DNA from: Chryseobacterium gleum
GTDB lineage: Bacteria; Bacteroidota; Bacteroidia; Flavobacteriales_F; PHOS-HE28
Assembly: GCA_945872795.1 (NCBI GenBank)
Contig: CAMCAZ010000013.1
Span: 915-64,914, forward strand
DNA: 64,000 bases
Reading direction: 5' to 3'
Shown: piece after piece, positions 20,266 to 29,526 of the stretch
How positions within the stretch are numbered: position 1 is the stretch's first letter
Layout: every line of letters starts with the position of its first letter
Notes under the pieces: model-generated
Database searches by the model: none
What the model saw: only the letters and a program-made list of their open reading frames with translations
Told to the model about the DNA's origin: nothing
Translations under genes and position numbers: made by a program

Positions 20266-20298
20266 GCCATGTACTTTCACACCCGATCTTTCCCGAAC

Positions 20299-20919
20299 AT
20301 GAAGAACATACTCATCGCCGCTTCCTTCCTGACCCTCTTCGTCTCCTGCGGGGGCAGCACCCGACTCGTCACCAGCTGGCGCGATCCCTCCGTCACGGTG
20401 GTGGAAGGCTCGCTGAACAAGATCCTCTTCATCGCCCTGCTCAAGGATGAGGCCACGCGCCGCAGTGCGGAGGACCACCTCTGCACGCTGGTGAAGTCGG
20501 ACGGCATCTCATCCTACCGCTACCTCGCCAACGACGTGGATGCCATCAATGCGCCCGGCATGAACGACAAGATGATCGCCGACGGCATCGATGGTGTGGT
20601 GATCATGCGCCTGGTGGACCAGACCAAGGAACAGACCTACGTGCCCGGTTCCGCCTATCCCAGTTACTACGGCTCGCCCTATGGCTTCTACGGATATGCC
20701 GCGCCCATGTACTACGACCCCGGCTATGTGCGCACCGATGTCACTTATACCGTGGAGACCAACATGTACAGCACCAAGCTGGGCAAGCTGGTATGGACCG
20801 GCACCACCAGCACGGTGAACCCAACGGAGTTCGGCACCACGCTCACCGAGATCATGGAGGCCATCCACTTCAAGATGGTGCGTGAAGGCTTCCTCACCAC
20901 GGCGCCCAAGGCGAAGTAG
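20299..20919 (+). CDS. Lipoprotein, hypothetical (DUF4136-like fold possible)
   Basis: MKNILIAASFLTLFVSC lipobox; Y-rich loop; LVWTGTT. Confidence 0.8.
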   Translation: MKNILIAASFLTLFVSCGGSTRLVTSWRDPSVTVVEGSLNKILFIALLKDEATRRSAEDHLCTLVKSDGISSYRYLANDVDAINAPGMNDKMIADGIDGVVIMRLVDQTKEQTYVPGSAYPSYYGSPYGFYGYAAPMYYDPGYVRTDVTYTVETNMYSTKLGKLVWTGTTSTVNPTEFGTTLTEIMEAIHFKMVREGFLTTAPKAK

Positions 20920-20933
20920 CCCACCACGGCGTC

Positions 20934-22022
20934 ATGCGCAGCGCAGCCCTGTTCCTCCTCATCGCCACCACGGCCCTCCAGGCGCAGGACATCGGTGCCT
21001 TCCGTGACTACCGCGACCACTTCTTCGTTTTCGACCGGGGCACCTTCACCGAGCTGGAGGCCCTGCCCCCGCGTGCCTTCGCCACGGGCGGCAATTACCT
21101 GGCCTATGCCTCCAGCAATGGCGACCTGAAGGTTTACCAGAACGGTGAGGTGCGCACCATCGACATGAACATTGCGACGCCACCTGTCGTCACTGACCAC
21201 TATTTCGGCTACGTCAGCGCGGGGGTGTTCCGGCTCTACACCGGCGATTCGCTGATCACGCTCTGTTCCAACACCGGCGGCTTCGTGGTGCAGGACAGCA
21301 TCGTGGGCTACCGCGATGTGGTGAACCGTATGATCTACATCCATTACAGAGGCCGCACGGAGGCCGTGGAGGATGCCCTGCTGGACGAGACCCTGAACGG
21401 CGTGCGCACGGGGGACAATATCCTCGCCTGGGTAAGCAGCATGACCAAGGAACTGAAGGTGCACTACCGCGGCGAAGTGTGGGTACTGGAGAACCTGGTG
21501 GACGGTCTGGAGTTCTGGGCCGGCACGGACATGGTGGCCTACCAGGACCCTTCAGCCAAAGGCCTCAAGACCTTCTATCAGGGAGAGGTGCTGGACGTGG
21601 AGGCCTTCATGCCCAAGCGTGTGGAGATGGGTCGCGGACTTTACGCCTACATCGATGCCAGCAATGCCCTGAAGGTCTTCCAGGGCGGAAAGACCTACGT
21701 GGCCCAGAGCTACGCGCCCGAGGAATTCTTCGTGCAGGACAGCCTGGTGGTGATCAAGGACCAAGGCGAGCTCCGCATCTTCAAGGACGGCACCACCACC
21801 ACTGTGCTGCGTTACTTCCCCGAGGTATGGCGCTCCAGCTGGGGCACCTTCGCCTGGCTCGATGCTGATGGTACCGTTAAGGCCTGGCACAATGGCACCA
21901 TCAGCACCGTGCTGCAGCACGAAGTGGTCAAGGGCTTCTCCCTGGATCGCGGGCTCATCACCATCAACCTCGTCAACAACAAGGTGAGAGTGTGGTGGAG
22001 GGGCGCGTTGTACACGCACTGA
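20934..22022 (+). CDS. Secreted beta-repeat hypothetical protein
   Basis: Signal peptide (LQA-Q); ~40-aa repeats G....AY.D....LKVF..G. Confidence 0.8.
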   Translation: MRSAALFLLIATTALQAQDIGAFRDYRDHFFVFDRGTFTELEALPPRAFATGGNYLAYASSNGDLKVYQNGEVRTIDMNIATPPVVTDHYFGYVSAGVFRLYTGDSLITLCSNTGGFVVQDSIVGYRDVVNRMIYIHYRGRTEAVEDALLDETLNGVRTGDNILAWVSSMTKELKVHYRGEVWVLENLVDGLEFWAGTDMVAYQDPSAKGLKTFYQGEVLDVEAFMPKRVEMGRGLYAYIDASNALKVFQGGKTYVAQSYAPEEFFVQDSLVVIKDQGELRIFKDGTTTTVLRYFPEVWRSSWGTFAWLDADGTVKAWHNGTISTVLQHEVVKGFSLDRGLITINLVNNKVRVWWRGALYTH

Positions 22023-22768
22023 GCGGTACCTTTTCATTCGGTCCGTCTCCCCAAAGATCGTCCCGGCATGGCCCTGTATTCCAGGTTCTGCTTGGGCATT
22101 CCCCGCTACGGTGAGCGGGTATGGATGGCGTCAAGTGCATGCTCGGGACCTCCGATCACCGGCTTTGCAAATCGTACCGATCACCGACACTGACAAGTGT
22201 CAATCCAAAGAATGCCCGGTGTCATGGAGCGCGCTTCCGAAGCGTGCGATCATTGCATCATGATCCTGATCAGATTACTCCGGTCCTACAGCGGCCTGCT
22301 CCTTTTGGTCTTGGCTGTTCTGTGTCTTCTGGTGCTTACAGCTGCCAGCATGCCCTTGTGATTAATCGGCGGCTAGCCGGGAAGGGTATCACAAGCGCTA
22401 CCGCCTGACGTATACTGTCATGCCCATCCCCCCGATACCATGGCGCGCACGAGAAATCCCACCACCGCAAAGGTGCTCAAGCAGGGTGTGAAACGCATCC
22501 GTGTACAGCTGGATGACCGCACCATGATCGCCTTGAAGAACGCGCAGATCCTGACTTCCTGAAAGGTGCGTTATCCGAACGACCCCCCTCGTTTAAAACC
22601 CGGCAATATCATCAACAGCAGTGATCAAGATCATTTCACTCTTCATCTAACGGACCCGTTGCGGGCGGTCGCCGGTCACCTCTCGTATCCGAAAACCAGA
22701 ACCACCTCCCCCCCCGGCCGTACGACAACTAAATTTAGCCCCACCCCCCCGCCCCAACCCCATACCGC

Positions 22769-25700
22769 ATGTCCAGCCGGAGCCTGTTGATCGATCTGCT
22801 CGCATATATCGAGGAACAGGCCAAGGTGATCGATCCCCGCGTCTTCCGCCTTTCCAGCGCGCGCGACTTCCTGAAGCGGCGCAGCGACCTGGCTGGGCTG
22901 CCTGGCGTGGACCTCGACCTGAGCGTGGAGGGCGACCACGTGTGGCTGCGCGTGCAGCGCCTGCATACTACCAACGCCCCCACCCCCGACGCGAAGACCG
23001 CAGCGCTGCTCACCGTGGGCGATGACCCGAACGGCCCGGCACCGGCGGTGAACGAGGCCGCGCTGAAGGAGCAGCTGGCCCAGGCCGCGGCGGAACGCAA
23101 GACCGCCGATGGCACCGCGCTGGAGCAGCGCCTGCGCAGCGAGGCCGCCGGGGCGCTGGACCTCTACCTGCCCCAGTGGAAGGCGTGGGCCGACACCGAA
23201 CGGCCCGTGCGCCGCAGCATCGACCTCTACGGCGCCCTCTTCGCCATAAAGCACCAGCTGGAGGCAGAGGAGACCGCCCGCCCCGCCGAACTGGTGTGGG
23301 GCATCGGCATCGCCACCTGGCGGCTGCCCTGGCAGGAGTCGCCCACGCGAGCGATCCCGGTGGAGTACGAGTACCCCCTGCTCACGCAGCAGCTGGAGAT
23401 CGGGCTGGACGCGGCCAACATGGCGCTGTACGTGCGGCCTCGCGCCACCGACACACGCTACGAGGGCGACGCCTTCGCCGTGTGCCTAGGGCGCAGTGCC
23501 GCCGAGGTGGAACGCGCCGCCCGCGAGCAACTGGCCCGCAGCGAGGAAAGGCCCGTTACGCCCTTCGACCCCGGCTCGTTCACCGATGTGCTGAAGCTCG
23601 CCGCCAGCAACCTGGACAGCCAGGGCGTGCACCGGGCCCTGCCGCCCGGCGAGGACAGCGTGCCACCGCCCGGCGAGCACCTGGTGGTGACCGATGCGTG
23701 GGCCCTCTTCCTGCGGCCGCGCTCCAACAGCTTCCTCATCGACGACCTGCACCGCCTGCAGCAGCGGTTGTCCGACGGCTGCGAGATCCCCGAAGGACCG
23801 GCAGCGCTGGTGACCGACCCGTCTGATACGCCGGTGCCCTTCGCCGACATCCGGTTCCGCGGCCTCTCCAGCCGGGGCACGGGCGCCGACGCGCAGGAGC
23901 TCTACTTCCCCCTGCCCTACAACCAGGAGCAGGTCACCATCGTGCAGCAGCTGGAGCAGGCCGACGGCGTCACCGTGCAGGGGCCGCCCGGTACCGGCAA
24001 GACGCACACCATCGCCAACATCATCTGCCACTACCTCGCCACCGGGCGCCGCGTACTGGTCACCTCCAAGGGCGATCCTGCGCTGGAAGTGCTGCAGGAC
24101 AAGATCCCCGCCGAGGTGCGCCCGCTCACCGTGGCGCTGCTCACCAGCGACCGCGAGAGCCTGCGCCAGTTCGAGAGCGCCATCAACACCATCCAGGCCA
24201 AGGTGTCGCAGCTCAACCCCGAGCTCACGCGCCAGGAGATCGAGCACGGCCGCAGCCAGATCGACCGCGCGCACGACGAGCTCGCCGCCATCGATCGCCG
24301 CGTGGACGCCATCGCCATGGACCAGCTGGTCGAGCTGGAGATCGACGGCCAGCCCATGCGCGCGCAGCAGCTCGCCGAGCTGGTGGTGGACGGCCAGGCG
24401 GACCACGGCTGGTTCGACGATGCCGTGACCCTCGACCCCGCGCACGCTCCGCCGCTGGGCGAGGAGGAGGCTGGCCGCCTGCGCGAGGTGCGCCGCACGC
24501 TCGGCGACGACCTGGCCTACGTCCTGGCCCAGGCTCCCAAGGCCGACGAGCTGCCGCTGCTGGACGAGGTGACGCGCCTGCACGAGGTGCTGGTGCGCAT
24601 GCGCGCCATCGAGGCCGAGGTGGAGCGCGGCACGTTGCCGCCGCTGAAGGCCGGCACGCCCGAGGTGATGCTGGCCGCGGAGCAGCTGCTGGAGGCCATC
24701 GCCGAGGCCCACGGCCTGCTGTCCGCGATCGAGGAGCTCGGCGAACCGTGGGTGCACCAGCTGCGGCACAACTGTCGGCAGGCTTCGCTGCACCCGGAGC
24801 GCACCGCGTTGGAAGCCCTCTTCCCCGACCTGGATGTGCTGGTGCAGGCGCGCTCCAGCTTCCTGCAGCGGCCCGTGGACGTGCCGCGTGAGGCCCTCAC
24901 CGTGCCGAAAGTGCGCGAAGCGGTGCAGCGTGCGGCGCGCACCGGGAGACCCTTCGGCATGGTGTCGCTCGGCGCGGGCGCCATCAAGGCCACCATCGCC
25001 CAGGTGCGTGTGGCCGGGCTGCCGCCCGCATCGGCGGAGGACTGGGCCCACGTGGACCGCTACTTCGCGCTGCACCTGCAGGTGACCTCGTTCGTGGCCC
25101 GCTGGAACCAGTCCGCGCCGGCCCTCGCAGCGCCGGTGCTCGAAGGCGGTGTTCCCGAGCTGCGCCGCATCGAACAGGTGGCCACCGCCGCAGCCGGGGC
25201 GCACCGCCTTGCCACGCATTACGGCCAGTTGCTGGTGAGCAGGGCCGAGGCCGTGTTCATCACCGTGCCGGTGGAGGCGCTCCACGGCTCGAAGCAGCAG
25301 CTGGAGGCCGTGCGCGGGCAGCTGCAACAGCACCTCACCAAGGCCGAACTGGCGCGCACGGCCATGCAGCTCTCCGCGTTGAAGGCCACCCTCTCGGGTC
25401 GCAGCGGCCCCGTGTCGGACGCGCTCACCGCCTTCATCGACAACGACCTGGGCCGGCCCGACCTGCCCACCGAGCGCGCCGCAGCGGAATACGCCCGCCT
25501 GCTGGCCGAAATGCGGCGCGTGCACGCCCTTGCGCCACAGCTCGCCGAGCTGCGCGCGCTGGCCGCACGCATGGAGCACTCCGGCGCCCCGCGGCTGGCC
25601 GCACGCCTGCGTACGTTGCCTGTGCCGGCGCACGGCGAGGATACCGCGCTGCCCGCGGACTGGCGCCGTGCGTGGACCTGGGCGCGCGTGAAATGCCATC

Positions 25701-27325
25701 TGGACCGCATAGAGGCGCGCGCCGAGCTCATCACCCTTTCTGCCCGCCGCCACGAACTGGAGGAGAAGCTCGCCGTGCTGTACAAGGAACTGGTGGCGCG
25801 GTCCGCGTGGCTCGAGACCAAGCGCAAGGCCTCGCCGCGCGTGCTACAGGCCCTGCAGGGCTATGCCAACGCCATCCGCCGCATCGGCCAGGGCACCGGG
25901 CCCAACGCCACGCGCTACCGCCGCGATGCCCGCCACCACATGACCAGTGCCACCGACGCCGTGCCCTGCTGGATCATGAGCCACGCCAAGGTCTCCGAGT
26001 CCATGCCGGCGGACATCGGCACCTTCGACCTGGTGATCGTGGACGAGGCCAGCCAGTCCGACCTGTGGGCGCTGCCCGCCATCCTGCGCGGCCGCAAGAT
26101 CCTGGTGGTGGGCGACGACAAGCAGGTATCGCCCGATGGCGGCTTCATCGCCTCGCAGCGCATTCAGGAATTACGCGATCGCTTCCTCGCGGGACAGGTC
26201 TTCAAGGAGGAGATGACGCCGGAGAAGTCGCTCTACGACCTGTCCGCACGTGTGTTCGCCGCGCACCAGGTGATGCTGCGCGAGCACTTCCGCTGCGTGC
26301 CGCCCATCATCGCCTACTCCAACCGCTTCTTCTACAAGGGGGCCATCCAGCCGCTGCGCATCCCCAAGGGCAGCGAGCGCATCGACCCGCCGCTGGTGGA
26401 CGTGTTCGTGGACGGTGGATCGCGCGACCACCGCGACCGCAACCCGGCGGAGGCCGCCTTCATCGCCGCGGAGATCAACGCCCTGCTCGCGGACGAGCGC
26501 ATGGCGGGCCGCACCCTCGGGGTGGTCTCGCTGCTGGGCATGGAGCAGGCCAAGTACATCGACACCATCGTGCGCGAGCGGTGCGATGCGGCCGAGCTCA
26601 TCCGCCGGCGCTTCGAGTGCGGCGATGCGCGCACCTTCCAAGGTAGCGAGCGCGACATCATGTTCCTCTCCCTGGTAGCTGACCCCGCCAGCTGCAAGGC
26701 GCTTTCGGGCAACCTCTTCGAGCAGCGCTTCAACGTTGCGGCGAGCCGCGCGCGAGACCGCATGTACCTGGTGCGCTCCGTGGAGGCGGGCCACCTCTCG
26801 GACAAGGACCTGCGCATGACGCTGCTGCAGCACTTCGACAAACCCCTGGTCACCGACAAGGAGGAGGCAGCCGTGCTGATCGAGCGCTGCGAGTCGGGCT
26901 TCGAGCGGCAGGTGTTCACCGCGCTGGTGGAGCGTGGCTACCGCGTGATGCCGCAGGTGAAGGCAGGTGCGTACCGCATCGACCTGGTGGTGGAGGGCAC
27001 CGGCGATCTGCGCCTGGCGATCGAATGCGATGGCGACGAGTTCCACGGCCCCGACCGCTGGCCGCACGACATGGCCCGGCAGCGCATCCTGGAGCGCGCC
27101 GGCTGGACCTTCTGGCGCTGCTTCGCATCCACCTGGCGACTGCGCGGCGAGGAGGTGCTCGCCGAACTGCTGGAGCGGCTCGCCGCCATGGGCATCGAAC
27201 CCATCGGTGCGCTGGACAGGGTACCCGACCTGGTGGAGAAACGCCGCATCGTGCACGACCCCGCCACCGATGTGGCCGCCACAGTGCCGACGGCGGTGGA
27301 AGGTGCGGGCGTTGCGCGATCGTAG
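22769..27325 (+). CDS. SF1 (Upf1/DNA2-like) helicase fused to a C-terminal Vsr/DUF559-like (MTES_1575-type) endonuclease; candidate defence protein
   Basis: Walker A QGPPGTGKTHT, FDLVIVDEASQ, VVGDDKQVSP, LREHFRC, FQGSERD, RFNVAASRAR. C-terminal ESGFE...PQV.AGAYRIDLVV...LAIECDG..H...D..RQ..LE..GW. Confidence 0.9.
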   Translation: MSSRSLLIDLLAYIEEQAKVIDPRVFRLSSARDFLKRRSDLAGLPGVDLDLSVEGDHVWLRVQRLHTTNAPTPDAKTAALLTVGDDPNGPAPAVNEAALKEQLAQAAAERKTADGTALEQRLRSEAAGALDLYLPQWKAWADTERPVRRSIDLYGALFAIKHQLEAEETARPAELVWGIGIATWRLPWQESPTRAIPVEYEYPLLTQQLEIGLDAANMALYVRPRATDTRYEGDAFAVCLGRSAAEVERAAREQLARSEERPVTPFDPGSFTDVLKLAASNLDSQGVHRALPPGEDSVPPPGEHLVVTDAWALFLRPRSNSFLIDDLHRLQQRLSDGCEIPEGPAALVTDPSDTPVPFADIRFRGLSSRGTGADAQELYFPLPYNQEQVTIVQQLEQADGVTVQGPPGTGKTHTIANIICHYLATGRRVLVTSKGDPALEVLQDKIPAEVRPLTVALLTSDRESLRQFESAINTIQAKVSQLNPELTRQEIEHGRSQIDRAHDELAAIDRRVDAIAMDQLVELEIDGQPMRAQQLAELVVDGQADHGWFDDAVTLDPAHAPPLGEEEAGRLREVRRTLGDDLAYVLAQAPKADELPLLDEVTRLHEVLVRMRAIEAEVERGTLPPLKAGTPEVMLAAEQLLEAIAEAHGLLSAIEELGEPWVHQLRHNCRQASLHPERTALEALFPDLDVLVQARSSFLQRPVDVPREALTVPKVREAVQRAARTGRPFGMVSLGAGAIKATIAQVRVAGLPPASAEDWAHVDRYFALHLQVTSFVARWNQSAPALAAPVLEGGVPELRRIEQVATAAAGAHRLATHYGQLLVSRAEAVFITVPVEALHGSKQQLEAVRGQLQQHLTKAELARTAMQLSALKATLSGRSGPVSDALTAFIDNDLGRPDLPTERAAAEYARLLAEMRRVHALAPQLAELRALAARMEHSGAPRLAARLRTLPVPAHGEDTALPADWRRAWTWARVKCHLDRIEARAELITLSARRHELEEKLAVLYKELVARSAWLETKRKASPRVLQALQGYANAIRRIGQGTGPNATRYRRDARHHMTSATDAVPCWIMSHAKVSESMPADIGTFDLVIVDEASQSDLWALPAILRGRKILVVGDDKQVSPDGGFIASQRIQELRDRFLAGQVFKEEMTPEKSLYDLSARVFAAHQVMLREHFRCVPPIIAYSNRFFYKGAIQPLRIPKGSERIDPPLVDVFVDGGSRDHRDRNPAEAAFIAAEINALLADERMAGRTLGVVSLLGMEQAKYIDTIVRERCDAAELIRRRFECGDARTFQGSERDIMFLSLVADPASCKALSGNLFEQRFNVAASRARDRMYLVRSVEAGHLSDKDLRMTLLQHFDKPLVTDKEEAAVLIERCESGFERQVFTALVERGYRVMPQVKAGAYRIDLVVEGTGDLRLAIECDGDEFHGPDRWPHDMARQRILERAGWTFWRCFASTWRLRGEEVLAELLERLAAMGIEPIGALDRVPDLVEKRRIVHDPATDVAATVPTAVEGAGVARS

Positions 27326-27509
27326 GCCGTTGGGGACGACAAGGCCACTTGGTGGTTCTCCGTGCCGGACATCGCGGCCACGGACGCCGTCTCCTTCAGA
27401 ATCTGCAGAAGAACAGCCTCAATCACGAGATAGCCAGCAGGGAGATGTACATGAGAGGTGGCGCTGTCCGCCGTCCTCTGCAGTACCTGCTGTCGATCCG
27501 AACGGCATA

Positions 27510-27854
27510 TCAATTGGTCCACACGGCATACCCCTTGCGCCGCAGCTCCAGCGCCAATCCCAACTCCACCTCCCGGGCCTCCGCCCGGCTCAACAGTCCG
27601 ATGTGCTGGTACAGGCTGGGGCGCAGGTAGCGTCCATACTTCTTCACGATGGTGCTGCTCAGATTCTGCCCCTTCCTGCTGAGCGTACCGCTCTTGTGCT
27701 GCGTGAATCGCTCCTGCGGAATCCTGCTGGTCATGCCGACATAAAGGCACTCCAATACGCCATTGTAATGCGGGTTGGCCGCGCGAGATTTCCAGTTCTC
27801 CGTGTAGACCTTCCGGCTGATCCCGGTCACGTATACCGCACATTCCGCGGGCAT
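27510..27854 (-). CDS. Small GIY-YIG-like nuclease-family protein
   Basis: AVYV...LYVGMT....ERF.QH...EA.E.E, matching the GIY-YIG pattern with the conserved Arg and Glu. Confidence 0.7.
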   Translation of the reverse strand: MPAECAVYVTGISRKVYTENWKSRAANPHYNGVLECLYVGMTSRIPQERFTQHKSGTLSRKGQNLSSTIVKKYGRYLRPSLYQHIGLLSRAEAREVELGLALELRRKGYAVWTN

Positions 27855-27889
27855 GCCGCAAGGATAGCACGGCTGGCAGGGCTGGTGGC

Positions 27890-27930
27890 AAAAAGGAAGC
27901 GGGGCACCTCCCGGCACCCCGCTTCACCTT
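27890..27930 (-). terminator. Intrinsic terminator behind the hsp20 remnant
   Basis: On the minus strand, GAAGCGGGGTGCCGGGAGGTGCCCCGCTTC followed by a U-tract. Confidence 0.65.
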
Positions 27931-27942
27931 CACACACCAAGG

Positions 27943-28050
27943 TCAATTGATCTTGATCTCCTTGGCTTCGCTTTCTTGCACGGCCTTCGTTTTGTTCAGC
28001 GTCAGTTTCAGCACCCCATCGGTGAAGTTCGCGGTGAAGGAGGTCGCCCT
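27943..28050 (-). pseudogene. 3' remnant of an Hsp20/alpha-crystallin gene
   Basis: Translates FTANFTDGVLKLTLNKTKAVQESEAKEIKIN*, with the A...DGVL.L.L.K and I-x-I motifs. No 5' part. Confidence 0.7.
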
Positions 28051-28208
28051 GCCGCCGGATGTGGTGCTGACGGGAGCGCGTGTGCGCTACCGCGTGTTGG
28101 GGAAGAGGCAGGTGCTGGAGTTGGTGGTGGGCGGACGGTGAGGCATGAGGTAGCGTGCCGTGCCCTGTGACCACTGAAGCGCAAAGGGAGGAACGAAGAC
28201 CATGGCCG

Positions 28209-28289
28209 GGACCTATCTTCGGCTTGTTCGTTCCGGCCACGGTGAACGTGCTTGAACACAACCTGGCGTTCGACGCCACCACCGAATGA
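28209..28289 (+). pseudogene. kdpC: 3' remnant of kdpC
   Basis: Translates GPIFGLFVPATVNVLEHNLAFDATTE*, matching the KdpC C-terminal VNVL.LNLALD motif. The stop overlaps the porin start (ATGA). Confidence 0.7.
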
Positions 28290-29380
28290 AACGCCTACTG
28301 CTCTTGCCCACAATGGGCATGGTACTTACCGCCAGCGCACAGATGCTGGACAGTGCCATCACCCTCAGCGCCTACGCAGAGGCTTACTACAGCTATGACC
28401 TGGCGCAGCCGGAAGACCATCTTCGTCCGGGCTTCTTTTACAGCTTCAACCGCCATAACGAGGTGAACCTGAACATGGGCATGGTGAAGCTGGCATATGC
28501 CAGGAAGAACGTGCGCGGCAACTTCGCCCTGATGGCCGGGAACTACGCGCAGTACAACCTGGCTGCCGAGCCCGAGCTGTTGCGCAACGTGTTCGAGGCG
28601 AACGCCGGGGTGAAGCTGAGCACGCGGAGGAACCTATGGCTGGACGTGGGTATCCTGCCCAGCCACATCGGCTTCGAGAGCGCCATCGGCAAGGACTGCT
28701 GGAACCTGACGCGCAGTATCCTGGCGGACAACACGCCCTACTACGAGGCCGGTGCCCGCGTGAGCTACACCAGCGACAACGGCAAGTGGTACGCCAGTGT
28801 GCTGTTGCTGAACGGCTGGCAACGCATCACCCGGGTGGAAGGGAACAACACGCCCGCTGCGGGCACACAACTCACCTACAGGCCGAACGGCAATACCACG
28901 CTGAACTGGAGCACCTTCGTGGGCAACGACAAGCCGGACAGCGTGAGCCAGTTGCGGATCTTCAACAACCTCTACGCCCAACTGCAGATCACCGAACGTT
29001 TCGGGGTGATCATGGGCTGCGACATCGGTGCGGAACAGGCGGCCAGCGGCGACAGTCTGCCTGGCGCACAGGCCGGTAGCGGCACCTGGATCACCCCGAT
29101 CCTGATCCCGCGCTACAGGCTGGGTGAGAAGAGTTACCTGGCCGCCCGCGTGGAGTATTACCAGGATGAGCAGGGCGTGATCATCGCCACGGGAACGCCG
29201 AAGGGTTTCCGCACACTGGGCTATTCCCTCAACTTCGACCAGTGGGTGAACCCCAATGTCCTCTGGCGCATCGAGGCGCGCAGCCTGAGCAGCGAGGACG
29301 CGGTCTTTGTGGATGCGGACGGCGGCCCGAGCACGACCAACACCTTCTTCACGGCCAGCATCGCATTCAGCATTCCGTGA
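28286..29380 (+). CDS. Outer-membrane porin of the type found in Bacteroidota kdp operons
   Basis: Signal peptide; FFYSFNRHNE, SHIGFESAIGKDCWNLTRS.LADNTPYYE, LNGWQRI. Confidence 0.85.
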   Translation: MKRLLLLPTMGMVLTASAQMLDSAITLSAYAEAYYSYDLAQPEDHLRPGFFYSFNRHNEVNLNMGMVKLAYARKNVRGNFALMAGNYAQYNLAAEPELLRNVFEANAGVKLSTRRNLWLDVGILPSHIGFESAIGKDCWNLTRSILADNTPYYEAGARVSYTSDNGKWYASVLLLNGWQRITRVEGNNTPAAGTQLTYRPNGNTTLNWSTFVGNDKPDSVSQLRIFNNLYAQLQITERFGVIMGCDIGAEQAASGDSLPGAQAGSGTWITPILIPRYRLGEKSYLAARVEYYQDEQGVIIATGTPKGFRTLGYSLNFDQWVNPNVLWRIEARSLSSEDAVFVDADGGPSTTNTFFTASIAFSIP

Positions 29381-29526
29381 TGGGCTGAGCGGGCATTTAC
29401 TGTCTGTTCGGGGGCATGGTACCGGCAGAGTCCAGTGTTGTGATCGAGGTCAACATGGAGGACCCCGAGCGGCAGGGGGGGCATTAGAAAGGGTTTGAGG
29501 CGGATCAGTTGATCGGGCGATCAAAC

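Noticed and set aside
22560-22562. Selenocysteine or recoded TGA in the small ORF
   Set aside because: No redox-motif context or evident SECIS hairpin, and TGA is used as a normal stop throughout the window
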